A stretch of DNA of 64,000 bases from Takakia lepidozioides (taxonomy: Eukaryota > Plantae > Bryophyta), in NCBI GenBank assembly GCA_030704615.1, contig CM060733.1:68076001-68140000 (forward strand), given 5' to 3'. The notes below the pieces were generated by a model that did not search any database, was not told where the DNA came from, and saw only the letters and a program-made list of their open reading frames with translations. The position numbers were made by a program, and so were the translations under genes. Below are positions 51,472-64,000 of the stretch, one piece after another. Every line of letters begins with the position of its first letter. Position 1 is the stretch's first letter.

Positions 51472-53899
51472 ATGGACTCTCGTGTTTGGGTAAACGTGTA
51501 CTTCCATCCTGATTCTCTGAAAGCTAAAATACCCTGCGACCAAGGATTTGCGATTGTCACTGAGCAGTACTTGTGTGTGAAATTCTGGCTCCACCCGGGA
51601 ACGGTGTTTTTGGAAGATGAGACGAAAGATGCTTATGGGAATTTTCTGGAAAGTGCCGTCATTCTGCATGCAGATTTCGGAAAGGGCAAAGAGTGGCTTC
51701 TAAATCCATCCGGTGCAGTGCAATTGGTGAAATCGTGCCTAAAGAGTTCCCACACTGGAACTTGGTTGATCCTCCTTCCCAAGAGGGTCTGGCTGCAAGA
51801 TGTGAAGTCTGTCATGAGGGATGTGGGCACCTCTTCACAAGCAGAGAAGCCCAAACATGTGAAAATGGAAATCGAGGATTTGCCGCTCCGTAGCTCGTCG
51901 GTGGGTGCACATTCCAGGGAAACAGTCGTCCACAACTTATCCAGTGACGATGAAGAATGTATGGTCCTTCCATCGTATGTTTCAAAGTCGTCCGTCACTA
52001 GGAGTGTTCAGATGTCGGCAGACAATGAGCACACACCCTCGGACTCAACTTCCGTCCGCTCAGTAATCGACATATTGCGGAGGATGAAGACAGCGGGTTC
52101 CCGCTCTAGTGACCTTCTTAGGCTTGATTATGACAAAACTCCAATCCATTCTGTGGAAACTTTGCCTGAAGTTATGGATGGGAATGTTATCTACGAGTTC
52201 CCTCCAGTGCCGCCAGGCGCAGGCCCAGACGGCATGCTGGTAGGAATGAACAGGAAACATGATGGCCACCCATGGTGTGTCACCAAAACTTCATCGTCCA
52301 ACCTGGGTGATGGAGTTCGAGTGAGATATGTATTGTGTGCTGGACATCTTAAATGTTTCTCGAGCACATGTTACCACTACACGAGCAAAGGCACCCGGAA
52401 TGAAACAGACTGGATTGGCAATTCGTCGACCCCATTTTAGCCTCAAGGTAGGGTTCCTGCAGGGATGTTCAAGTGTGCCCATTGCAACGCAGCCCCTACG
52501 TGCATGGCAGTGTGCAACGCCAAGCAGTACTACGTCGGGACCGTCGGCCCAGCGTGCACCAGAGCATGCATTCACATCGGAAAGCATGACCACCCCGTCG
52601 CCAGAGGCAATTGCAGAGTCGCTTTAAGCCCACGATATTATCAAGGAGGAGGTCAGGTTGAGGCCGGGAGCAAAACCAAAGCAGATATAGCTCGCATCCG
52701 CACATAGAATTGTAATAGGTAGAATAATGTCGGAGGACGGAAGCACAAGAGAGAAGTTGGGCGAGGAGGACATGAAGGAGCTGTTGGAAGCTGTCTCCCA
52801 TGTGTGCAGCCCCAATGTCAGGAACCACATTGTCGGCTGCAAGAAACAAATCGGAAAAGGATCAGACATGCACTCCATCTTGGAAGTGAAGGGCACATGC
52901 GGCTACGACTTCATCCAGGGCAGCTTCTTTCCTGGTCAAGGCTCAGAGACGGACAGGTGCTTCATATTTAAGATGTCAACGTGCGGACCGGGGACCGGTG
53001 TCGATTTGGTGAAGCGGATGACCAGTAGAGACCTCTCAAATTGTTGGGTCATGTTCTACCACATCAGACGAATTACCAACCACGATTGGGTGACAATGGG
53101 GGCACATGTATACGACCCACATTGCAGAAAGTTGATGACCATTGCTATCTGCGAAATGAAAGGAGAAGACACAGATTCAGAGTTGCATATGTAGCGCGGA
53201 ATTAATGAGCAAATGGCGAGAGCGAAGTTGCCCCCTCCCGATTTTAGGGGCTTCATGGCTGACAATGCCCAGGCGAACTGGGCTGCAATGAGAAGGGTAT
53301 ATGGGGACGACCCAAAGACTCCAATGGAAGGTAAGGAGAGATCTTGCGGGTTTCACTTCATGTAGAGTTTGACGCAAAACACGAAAAGGTTCGTGGCGTC
53401 ACGCCACCGGCAGGATCATATCAGTATGTGTCTTGCGTGGAAAATGTGAATTCCATCGACGAGGCGGAGACCGAGTTTGCAACCATACGCGCCTAGTGGG
53501 TGTCTTCAGGGGCAGTGGATGTGAAAGATCAACCAGAACTGCAAACGTGGCTTGCGTGGTGGCACTATAGATTCCGCCACTTTGGAGACTACATGAGACA
53601 GGTAACAATTGTTCTGTTTTGTGCTTGGACATTCTCCACAATGAGTGACATTTCTAATTTCTTTCAACGGGACATGAGCTTGGAGGATGACACGGATATG
53701 CCGACGACGAACATGGCCGAATCGGTGCACTCTTCCTTGCGTGCTTCCTCTGCGGCACATCTCGTTGACATGTTGACAACAACAACAGAAGATATTGTGA
53801 GGGCCATCATACAACAATCTGGTTACTACCAATTTCTGGGAGGAAAGCAATGGGGTATCGGACCAGACAGGTAGGAGATGCTGATGAGGACGGCGCATC
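51472..53899 (+). pseudogene. MULE-like DDE transposase with N-terminal GCM/WRKY-type zinc finger
   Basis: CAG.L.C....C...C..C...IH.GKHDHP finger, WVMF(D>Y)H, GFMADNAQAN (D), CGFHF (MULE CxxH), WLAWW and TNMAESVH (E). Several stops and frameshifts. Confidence 0.8.
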
Positions 53900-54134
53900 C
53901 AGGGTTGCACACGTCAGTGACATCACGTCACGTCACGTCAGACCTGACTCTGACGCGATCAACGTCACGTCAGTTTTGCCAAAAAATCAATAAAGCATGG
54001 TTAGGTGAAAAATATGCCACGTAGGTGGACACGTTGTATTCCAAGCGACACCTTGGCAAGTGAATGAATTGTTTTATAAATTACTCCATCCGCCAATATT
54101 TGAGGTTATTTTTAAATCATTATTGTTAAATTGG

Positions 54135-54698
54135 TGCGACCTCCAAATGGTGGTGGTCGCAAAATTTCTCTTATTTTTTAATAGTTGCGACCACCAGCAG
54201 AGGGGTTGTCGCAGCATTTTTTGTTTTTTAAAAATAGATGCGACCACCAGTAGGGGTGGTCGCATTTTTTTCTTTTCTTAAACAGTTGCGACCACCGCTA
54301 CTGGTGGTCACACAATTTTTCTTCTATTTGTAATAGGTGCGACCACCATCAGGGGGGTGGTCGCAACATTTTTCTATTTTTTAGTATCTGCGACCACCAG
54401 CATGGGGGTGGTCGCAGCATTTTTCTGTTTTTTTAATAGGTGCGACCACCAGCAGGGGGTGGTCGCAACGATTTATTTTTTATTTTATTTTATTTTATTT
54501 TTAATAATCTCTGTGACCACGAGCATGGAGGTGGTCGCAACATTTTTCTTTTTTTTAATAGGTGCGACCACCAGCAGGGGGGTGGTCGCAGCAATTTTCT
54601 GTTTTTTAATATCTGCGGCCACCAGCATGAAGGTGGTCGCAGCAGTTTTTTTTTTAAAATAACATGCGACTTCCTCGTGCGACCTGGAGTGGTCGCAG
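54135..54698. repeat. Array of ~11 hairpins GCGACCACC-N6-8-GGTGGTCGC with AT-rich spacers (subterminal repeats)
   Basis: Period about 50 bp. A reverse-oriented array is at 63340-63933. Confidence 0.88.
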
Positions 54699-55064
54699 CA
54701 TTGGATTTTGATTCGTCGAGCGTATGAGGCTTGGAGGCTGGAAGGTATATAAGGTGGTCCCAATGCCCCTCACTTCTTTTGTGGCAAACACTTTTGTGGC
54801 GAGTGAATGTTCTCTATTCTTTGAGCAAGAGTGTAAGCCCAAGAGGAAGGTGCGGACCGTTTGTTGTTGTGGCTTCCACTAGAGCCACTGCAGCAAATTG
54901 TCGAAAAGCACAATACTACATGGTGCATTGATCCACTTGGATTGATGCCGTAGTGTTGGGCCATCGCATTCTGTTCTAACTTCTATTGCTTTTGACAAAT
55001 CTACCAAGTACACTAGTGTTCTTCGTTCAACCTTAAGTCTGTGGTTAGGGTTTTGGGTGTGAGG

Positions 55065-56979
55065 ATGAGGGAGAAGTGGATCCCTTGGTTCACCGTAGAC
55101 CCGCACAAAAAGAACGGTCTTCAATGCAATCTATGTGCATTGAAGCTGGCGGGTCGCAAAGATCGCATGTTATATCACCTTGGCTATAGAGATGGGAAGA
55201 ATGCAGGGGTTAGTTTGTGCCCAAAAGCCTCATGCGAGTGAAAGCCCACTTTGCCCAATGTGGAGGCAATATCCCACCATCTCTTGATGTGGCCGCGGCT
55301 TCTGAGCCAAACACTCCAGGTTCGAATCAAAATGTCCCTCAGAGTTGTACCCAGGGGGATTCTTGCGAGGCGTCTGCTGTTCGTGGAGAAGCCGGTGGGT
55401 CAGGAGCAACACCCAATTGTACGCCAGCACTTGTACGGACCAGACCATTGAGGCAACAATCAATGCAAGAAGGCTTAAATTTGTCGCACGAGAGGACTCT
55501 GGATAAGAAGTGGGCCCAATTTTTTTACGAGGCCAATATTCCGTTCAATGTCTCGAGGCTTCCTGCGTTTGTGGTTGTTATCAAAGCCACGTCCAATTCC
55601 AAGTCCACATACACACCTCCGAGTTATCGCGATCTCCGCACAGGATTGCTAGAAGAGGCTATGTCTGACCTCACCCAAAAGGTGAATGAAAAGAAAGATG
55701 ATCTCTCCGGAAATATGGAAGCACTATATGTGCGGATGGTTGGAGTTCTGTTACTAATCGACCACTGTTCAATGTCATGCTAGTCTGTCCTGCGGGGGAA
55801 CAATTTTTGGGATCCGTTGACACAAACGGGGAGAGAAAATATGCACGTTATCAAGCAGGGTTGTTGACGAGTTTCATCGATAAATTTGGAGCTGATAAAA
55901 TTGTCCAAGTGTGCACGGATAATGCATCTAACATGGTTAATATGGCCGATATTTTGAGGGTACGATAGCCCCATCTATATTACCAAGGGTGTGCTGCTCA
56001 TACCTTTGATCTCCATTTGGAAGATTGGGGAAAAGAATCATGGATGAAATAACTAGTAAAAATGGCAAAGTCGGTTGTGACGTTCATTTGTACACATCAC
56101 ATCCCTCTGGCATTATTTAGAAAGCATGAACCCAAATACAGCCTTAGGAACCCGGGTGAAACCCGTTTTGCCACAAACTTTTTGATGGTGGATCGACTGG
56201 TGACTGTGAGGGCGGGTCTGGAGCAAGTGATCATTGACCCTCAATGGAATGCGTATGTGGGCACCTTACGCGACTCTCGTAAGTCCAGGTCTTTGAGCAA
56301 AAGTTGGAGGGTCCGCGCAATCATTCGCTCCGACGATTTCTGGGCGAAATGTGCAAATTTTGTGTACATGGTGGAGCCGGTGTTGATTGCTTTGCGGGAG
56401 TTTGATGGAAAACAACCAATAATGGGTAAAACATGGTTGATATTTGAAAACCTTGAGAAGCACATGCAATCCTTGAGGCGTCCTCCATTTTCTATGGACG
56501 ATGATTTGGCGGCAAGGACCGAGGATGCATTTTACGACCGCAAACGGATGGTTCGCATGGACTTGCATTATGTGGGGACCTTGCTGAATCCATTCTTGCT
56601 GGACAATACAAATTTGAGAGACGATGTGGATGCCAAAGTCGGGCTTGTACGGGTCATCATGCAACTCGCACCCTTGAACATAGCAGAGTGAGCTTTGTCC
56701 GAGTACCGGTGCTTCTCGGATCGCCAGAATCCTTTCCATGACATGCCAGATCCAAAAGCAATGAACATGTTGCCACATGAATGGTGGGATCTGATTGGAG
56801 CTGGAGCAAGAACGTTAGCTCCCATTGCAAAGCGTATTCTTGCTCAAGTGTGCTCTGCCTCGTCCTGTGAGCGAAACTGGAGCAGTTACTCATTTGTTCA
56901 CAACAAGATTCGCAATAGGTTGAATCATGCCAGGGCTGACAAATTGGCTTATATCTACATGAATTGTAGGCTACTATGA
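55065..56979 (+). pseudogene. hAT transposase (BED finger, DUF659, dimerisation domain), disrupted
   Basis: QCNLC...HL, FFYEANIPFNV, CADGW, VQVCTDNA, CAAH..DL.LED, PGETRFATNF, WW and ILAQVCSASSCERNWS..RNRL. Probable left terminus CAGGGTTGCACAC at 53900. Confidence 0.93.
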
Positions 56980-57597
56980 GAGAGGACATCAAGTGACGCA
57001 TCTGCATGGTACGAGAAGAATCTATTGTCTGAAGAATCTGCCTCAAAGGTCCAATCTAGCAGCAATGATGACACCGACGCCGCGAGGGACTCCGACTCCG
57101 ACGGTTGGGATGGGTCCGATGATGTGGACAATCCTCCACACACTACAACAGATTGCGGCTTTTATGACTCCCATGGGTGCGCAGTCATGACAGATTTGTG
57201 GCAGAAATGCCATTTGTAGTCGTAAAATGCTTTTGAAGTCATAATGCAGGTCTGGAGAAGGCGTATATGCGACTGCATGGCTTCGGACTCTGCGCAACAC
57301 AGGTCAAACATGTTTGACCACGAATATTGGCATGGCAGATATGACTACCAGTCACGGTCATGGCTACACTAGAATGACGTGTGCATATTGCAAGACAGAC
57401 ATATGACTTCATGACTCTCACTCTAATGCATTATGCCAGATCATCACATGGATGAATCACTACATGACTACACGTGTCGACACATGCTTTTCTGGTTATA
57501 TATATAATATATGAGTATTTATATCTTAAAAAAACGGAGACTCTTACCACTAGAATGAATTAAAAAAACCCAAAAAAAACAAAGATTTAAAAAAAAT

Positions 57598-57806
57598 CAC
57601 ATCGGCTGGTAAGTGCACAGTGTGTCGCCCTTGTGGTTTGGGGTTCAAACCCGCTGCCCTTATCCCGTGTGTGGGATTGTTCGAGACGGTATGTCTTGAC
57701 GTTGATCGTCCTGTAGGTCTTATGGCCCATAAATGAAGGCGGGTGAAATTTCCCCCTCCTCAAGGGCTTGTGGTTTCCTTTAAGAAAAAAAAAAAAAAAA
57801 AAAAAT
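57598..57806 (+). mobile_element. Putative tRNA-derived SINE
   Basis: B-box-like GGTTCAAACCC (~57642), ~185-bp GC-richer body, ~21-nt poly(A), in an A-rich site with AAAAATCA on both sides. Confidence 0.45.
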
Positions 57807-58054
57807 CAAAAAGGGGCTTTTAGGGTTTACAAAAAGGTTAAAAAACTTAAAAAGTTGCCCATCACAGTAGCGTGAACAGACTTAGAGCGAGCGGGAGGGA
57901 GAGAGAGAGAGAGGGTTGGCACTTAGAGCGAGCGAGCGGGAGAGAGGGCAAACATGCATGGGAGGCCCACAGTTGGATCAACCTTCGCATCTGGAGCAAA
58001 CAACCCTAGAAACGCTAGGGTATGTGTGCGAGGAGGTTTCGGCTGGGAGCCCGC

Positions 58055-58960
58055 CGTTCTTGGGAGAGTCAGCTTCGTCTTAGCAGGCCGTGTTTCAATC
58101 TCTACCCGCTCGGCCCTGATTTTACAGCACGGAGCAGAGCTGGCATGAGTTTCTAAAAGATCCTTCACGATGGTGGGACAACCGCAATCGCAAGGTGTGG
58201 CTTTTTCTTAATGTACGATGTGAAGAAGTTTGTCCATCCTGCAAATGTGGGTTGGCTCTCCTGTTAGTACCATGATTTGGTATTCTTCCTGATGTTTACA
58301 AGGTTCTTGGGAGAGTTAGCTTGGTCTTAGTAGGCCGTGTTTCAATCTCTGCCCACTCAGCTGCACCGTGGTGGTTCTCACTGACCAATCCGACATTACC
58401 TAACTACAGACACAAGCAGCACACACTAGAGGTCATCTTGGGTTCATGTTCAGTCAAATCCTCCATGGGTCATGACACAAGGTTGAGGACAATGTGGTGA
58501 GGGCGACCTATTTCAGCCTATTTTGCCCTCTCATCAGACTCGGCCCTGAATTTGAATCATGGAGCAGAGCTGGCATGAGTTTTTTTAAGATACTTCACGA
58601 GGGTGCGATCGCAATCGCAAGGTGTGGTTTTTTTTTAATGTACGATGTGCAGAATTTTGTCCATCCTGCAAATGTGGGTTGTTGGCTCCTGTTAGTACCA
58701 TGATTTGATATTCTTCCTGATGTTTACAAGGTTCTTGGGAGAGTCAGCTTGGTCTTAGCAGACCGTGTTTCAAAGTCTGCCTGCTCAGCTGCACCGTGGT
58801 GCAGGTTCTCATTGACCAATCCGACATTACCTGACTACAGACACAAGCATCACACACAAGGTCAAATCCTCCATGGGTCATGACACAAGGTCAAGGACAG
58901 TGTGGTGAGGGCACCTTCTTCTTCGACCTATTTCAGCATGTTTTGCCCTCTCATCAGACG
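58055..58960 (+). repeat. ~430-bp tandem duplication
   Basis: 58110-58535 is repeated at 58540-58960, e.g. GGAGCAGAGCTGGCATGAG and GACCAATCCGACATTACC. Confidence 0.85.
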
Positions 58961-59362
58961 CCCTGAGATGCATATTGAATTTTGTAAGTTAGCTCATTGC
59001 TCGTTGATAAGTAGGGTTGGGGTGTTTGCTGGAACAATTCTAGGCTGTCATTGTCAGCTGCTAGCAGGAAGGCAAGGATGTATGCATAGATAGCTGAAGG
59101 ATTTTGTGCAGAGGCATAGATAGCTGAAGGAGCAGGGATAGAGTGTGGGCCCAAATTCGTCCAAGAGGGCCGGATTTCAAGCTCCATTATTTCAGTGTCA
59201 TCCATTCAGCCAGGGATTTCCTGGTGACATTGCCAAGGCTTTACTCGCAACACGATGCTTGTAAAGCTTCCTTAGCTTGAATGCTGATTATGCTTGAATT
59301 ATTAGGTTTGTAAAGCCAGTTTTGAAATTTTCATGGTAATCAGCTCTCTTGAAAATCTGTAG

Positions 59363-59449
59363 GTTGCAAGCCATTTACAGCGGGCCGTGGGTGGACTGGA
59401 AGACAGCCATTGAAAGTCCTGGTGCAAGTTAATATCAGTGGAGAGCAGA
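59363..59449 (+). pseudogene. Orphan exon of a PLP homeostasis protein (YggS/PROSC family)
   Basis: After an AG acceptor: VASHLQRAVGGL, frameshift, RQPLKVLVQVNISGE. The donor appears mutated (AT). Confidence 0.65.
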
Positions 59450-59749
59450 ATAAGCTTCATATGCCCTTTTGGTGCTAGTTATCTTCATGTATGGTACTGT
59501 TGAACACCAACAATCTTTTGGTGAGATTCTGTCTTGGTGCACATGTCTGATAAAGAAAGACGGTAATGTTTGTTCTGAAACCTAAAGGCGTGAAATGATT
59601 CAACACAACAAGAGCATTACGCGTGTCACAGTACAAGCTGTAAGAAAGCAAGAGATACATAGTTATACAGTCAAACAGACAACTATCAGTTTCTGTGGAA
59701 TCTCTTGCCAATGGCAGGATGGGTTGGGAATAGCCAAGTCAGGAGGTGA

Positions 59750-60241
59750 ATGCCTGTCAAATTACCACATGTCCTTTTGAACACTGCCCCTGCCCTGGTG
59801 GACATGTACGCCAATTGTGGGTGCATTGAGGATGCAAAGGGAGTGTTCAACACTGTGGCTGAACGAGATGTGGTGTCGTGGAGTGCGATGCTTGCTGGGT
59901 ATGCACAGCTGGGGTGCGGGATGGAGGCTCCAACCTTTGAGAAAATGATGGGGGAAGGGGTGAAGGCCGCCGACATAACGTTTGTGTGCGTTTGCAGTGC
60001 GTCTGCAGCCCTGGAAAAGGGCAAAGAGATCCCTGGTGACATCATCAAATCTGCAATTGTACCAGATGTCATCCTGAACATGGCTCTGGTGGCCATGTAT
60101 GCTAAATGTGGGAGCATTGAGGATGCCAAGGGAGTGTTCAACACTATGGCTGAACTAGATGTGGTGTCGTGGAATGCGATGCTTGAAGGGTGTGCAGAGC
60201 AGGAGCGCGGGATGGGGCTTTGGACACCTGAAAGCAAATGA
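59750..60241 (+). pseudogene. PLS-class PPR protein fragment
   Basis: Two repeats of ALV.MYA.CG.IEDAKGVFNT.AE.DVVSW.AML.G.A, degenerate and truncated. Confidence 0.88.
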
Positions 60242-63200
60242 TGGAGAAAATGATGAAGGTACCTTCTTCAACATATTTCACCCTGTTTTCCCTGCTAGTG
60301 TTTGCTTTGACAATTCTAGGCTGTCATTGTCAGCTGCTAGCAGCAAGGCGAGGATGTATGCATGATTTGTGCAGAGGCATGGATAGCTGAAGGAGCAGGG
60401 ATTTCGTGTGGGTCCAGATTCATCCAAGAAGGCCAGATTTCAAGCACAAGATTACCTGTGATTCCCTGTGGATCAATAGCTACAAGAAACCTGCATGGGT
60501 AGATGGTCAACTGGGAGCAGCGGCACAAGTGATAAAATCAGGCACTGCTAATGAAGGCATCTTCTTCAACACATTTCACCCTGTTTTTCCCTCTTATCAA
60601 AATCGGCCCTAAATTTACATGTTCAATTCTGCAAGTTAGCTGGTTGAGTGAATCTAGTTTGGAGTGACTTTGACATGATACTGCCAATGTGACAACAGGA
60701 AAGTGTCAAAAAATAGGTAACAGAGATGAGGAGAAGCTGTGGAATGAATACTTATCTGAGCCCAATCACTGATGGGTCAACCGGGGCAGAAAGGTGAATG
60801 CCTGCTACATTTCAGAGAGTAGCAGACGCAATTCAGCATAGGAACTAGTGTGCTACGCTGAGTTGGGTGTTTCCTAGAACAAATGTAGGCTGTCATTGTC
60901 AGCTGCTAGCAGCAAGGCAAGGATGAATGCTTGATTTGTGCAGAGGCATGGATAGCTGAAGGAATAGAGATAGAGTGTGGGTGACGCAGGGTGCTGGGCA
61001 ATGGGCAAGATGTCTTTGTATAAACGTGAGTGACCTTCCTATCATCCTGGGTTTCATTTTTAGTGCATGTTTCTTTGTGAAGTATCTGACGACTTCGCCA
61101 ATACACACCAACCTTTTTGCTTTGGTTTGTTTAGGACATGGGATAGAAGTTACCATAAACAACACTGGCATTGGTTTTTCATATATGGTATTAGATAATT
61201 CTCTTAATTGTTTCCGCCTTGGCAGGTTGCTCAGTGACCTTCCCTGGACGCTTTGGAGTATAGCGAGTGAGTGTCTCACAATGCAATATTGGTTGGTGCA
61301 TCTTATGCAAGAACTTGGAAAACAAACAAATGTCCTTGCTGTAGTAATTCTTAAAGCCATGCAAGCCGTTTTTGATGGGTTGCAGATTGATGGAATACAT
61401 GAGTAGTTAGAAGATTCTGGGTGAACACTTTTCAAAGTGTTATAGTTAGACAAAATAATTCACATGAGAACATGCGACTATTTAATGTATTTTTAGATCG
61501 CAACAAAAATGATAATGATAAATAGATTGGTAAATAGAGATGGTATGCAATCTCTTGGTTTTGCTCAGCTTGTTGCAGTTATGTCTTGCTGCCTTGTTCT
61601 CTTTGTATTATATATTATATTTCATTGTTGTAATAGACATGTACATGACTGCTATCATAGTCATAATAATGACTACATCTATTTTCACTCTCCAATAGTA
61701 CTACACCACGTGGCAGAAATACAAATATGTAAAAAAATAGCAATACACCCCAAAAAAACACCCATCATGACACATGTCAATCTGCTGATGGACCACGTGT
61801 AAAAACTGCAACGCGCCACGTGTTGCAACCGGATTAGCACACCCGTAGTCATAGTTCGCAGTCATGGAGAGCTAAACACTCTGCCACGTGTCATTTCCTG
61901 CATCGAGCACGTGCCACTCTTGCACAGCCGCTGACATGGACTACACTGTCCGTTCAGTCATTCAGTAAAGCCAGCGTGTATGACTACCCCCACAGCTGCT
62001 CTGGCGCCACGTGACAGCCAGCCTGGAGAGTCATATCTGCCATGTCACAACTGACTAGGTCTTACGTCTGCAGAGTCAGGAAGTCGTAAAATGGCTTCCA
62101 TGACTGCATTTGCAGTCATAACACAGAGACGTAAAAGCCGCAATTTGTTGTAGTGACATGACCCATATGAATTTAATGACGATGATACTGCAATGCATCC
62201 ATCCTTCGATGACCTTGTTGTTGATGAACTGTGACATGGTGTCATCCCAATTGTGGACCCCCTTCCCCCAGTGGAAGTTGAGGTCGACTCTCCCTCACCA
62301 CGAGTTCCACGGACTGCGGGAGATGTGCAGGTTGAATCGTCGGATGATGACAACCGGTCGTTGTCATTCCTTCACCGACATCGTGCCCCTGTGAATCGTG
62401 TTTCATCTTATGCCGCTCCATCTCATGTTTCTTTTTCTCAAGCCGGTCCATCCCATGCTGTTCCATCTAGTCTCTCTCCCCCTCATGTAATTCCTTCCAC
62501 CGCTACTCCGATCCTGGGAGATGCTTCTTCTGCTGCGGGACTTCTGCAAGTCGAACCATCGAATGACGACGACCGGCCATTGTCGTTTCATCTGGCCCGA
62601 CGACGTCCGCATGTGAATTGTGCTCCCTCGACCCTCGCTGGTCCATCTCATGCCCCTTCCTCTCATGTCGGCCCCTCTAATGTACGTGCAAGTAGCCTTT
62701 CTCATACGAGACCTGCTCCAAGGCCACCACGAAATTTGGGACAAGCCCAGAAACGGCAGAGAATTGTGCAACCTTTTGTTGGTGACCGACCTGTGAACAC
62801 GTCTGATACCCTAGATGGTATTCATGATAGGAGTGGAAATCGACCAGAGAGACAACTGAACGTACTCCGAGGACGTCTACAGGTCCAACGGCCAGTTGCC
62901 TCTAGAAACGAAAGAACAGATAGAGATCATGATTCTAGCACTGATCATGGGAACGGGGGTGAAGTGAGTGGGGACGAAGATTTTGTACTAGGCGTGAGAT
63001 TATACCATTGTCGTTGTGCCAGACGGAACTAGGTTCAGCTATAACTTCTGTCACATGATGTGTAGTATGTTTCCATGGATATCCATGTTTCAGTTTGGGT
63101 ACATGCATAAGTGTACGGAAATAAAAATGGTAGAATATGTGTACCCAAGAAAAGGTTTGGTGGTTGTGCGTGTGTTTGTGTTTCGTCATTACCTTTATAT

Positions 63201-63339
63201 TATTGATTTCCTATTATAGTTTCGAAAGCCACAAAGGCCAAGTGCAGCTCCCAACATTCATCTTCCCCTTCACAAATCCATAGGGAGTCGATACATGTGC
63301 TTTTCATCTGCCTCTCCAAAATACATACAGGTGCAAGTG

Positions 63340-63933
63340 GACCAACCTCCTGGTGGTCGCATCTATTTTTTTTAAAACAATTGTGCGACCACCAGTAACG
63401 GTCGTCGCAACTGTTAAAATAAAATAAAAATGTTGCGACCACCCCCCTGCTGGTAGTCGCACCTATTTACTGATTTAATAGGTAGTAAGTTAGTACGTAG
63501 TAAGGGGGGGGTTTCCCTTATATAGCCTCTCAGGGCAGTGGGACCCTTCTAGAAGCCCGCCGACCCTGGGAGCCTTCTAGAAGGCCCTGAACACGTGTCA
63601 ACCCTGCAGGACTCCCTATTCTAAATTTAGCCAATTCCTCCATTCTTTTTTTGGACCCCCTCATCTCATTCCTTAATACACGTGGCCTTCCCTTCATAGG
63701 CGCCCCACTCTAATTCCTGGGCCACAGTAATTCCTGGACCACTCTAGAATCAGGGCCCGAATGAAACTGCTCTACATATTATTCGCACCTATTTAACAAA
63801 AAGAAAAATGGTCCGATCACCCCCCTGCTAGTGGTCGCAGCTATTTAAAAATAGAAAATTCTGTGACCACCCCCTTGCTGGTGGTCGCCCCTTAAAAAAA
63901 ATGGTGCGACCACCACCCTGCTGGTGGTCGCAG
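63340..63933. repeat. Reverse-oriented GCGACCACC hairpin array, interrupted by a ~310-bp insertion
   Basis: GCGACCACCCCCCTGCTGGTAGTCGC and related copies are reverse complements of the 54135-54698 unit. Confidence 0.8.
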
Positions 63934-64000
63934 ATTTTTTATTTTTTATTTTTTGGGAAACACCTGGGAGCGACAACTCACAAATCAGGCCCCTTAGTAG

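Larger units (their letters stand above)
40319..53899. mobile_element. Large Mutator-like DNA transposon with cargo gene(s); right end not found
   Basis: Left TIR GAGGTTTACTATTTCATGAG plus CATGAGC repeats, as at 10585. GGCGCC palindromes run throughout, with the transposase at 51472+. Truncated by a hAT-like terminus at 53900. Confidence 0.75.

Noticed and set aside
54135-54698. Palindromic repeat-spacer pattern resembling a CRISPR array
   Set aside because: Repeats are degenerate, spacers are similar low-complexity T/A tracts, there are no cas genes, and the context is a eukaryotic transposon. These are subterminal repeats.
57598-57660. tRNA gene
   Set aside because: Only a B-box-like motif is present and no cloverleaf can be drawn. 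Treated as a possible SINE head.
61060-61400. Possible RTE-type RT remnant on the minus strand (DICLFS...)
   Set aside because: Too degenerate to support without a profile search.

Overview
Repeat-dense land-plant nuclear DNA. TTTAGGG-type motifs, PLS-type PPR remnants and spliceosomal introns point to a land plant; a non-seed lineage is likely but is inference. Only one intact host gene is evident: a 9-exon phytanoyl-CoA dioxygenase (PhyH/PHYHD1-like) gene at 32299-35471. The rest is nested, mostly decayed mobile DNA: a Ty3/Gypsy pol, gag-only LTR elements and a solo LTR with 5-bp TSDs, an L1-type LINE, hAT and CACTA fragments, and Mutator-family MITEs with 8-9 bp TSDs. Two systems stand out. 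(1) A large Mutator-like (GCM-finger/DDE/SWIM) transposon at 40319-53899 carries a divergently oriented, intron-containing cargo gene. This gene fuses a ParB/Srx-like domain to a beta-class N4C/N6A DNA-methyltransferase-like domain. The element's non-coding DNA holds more than 20 copies of an ATTTCGGCGCCGAAAT palindrome, and a deletion derivative at 10585-13855 amplifies a variant of it in tandem. (2) A head-to-tail chain of 5'-truncated, apparently endonuclease-less Penelope-like retroelements lies at 9143-10324 and 14219-17548. It carries four minimal hammerhead ribozymes, each behind a TATA box, and several units are joined through short telomere-like repeats. All calls come from reading the sequence by eye; no searches were run.
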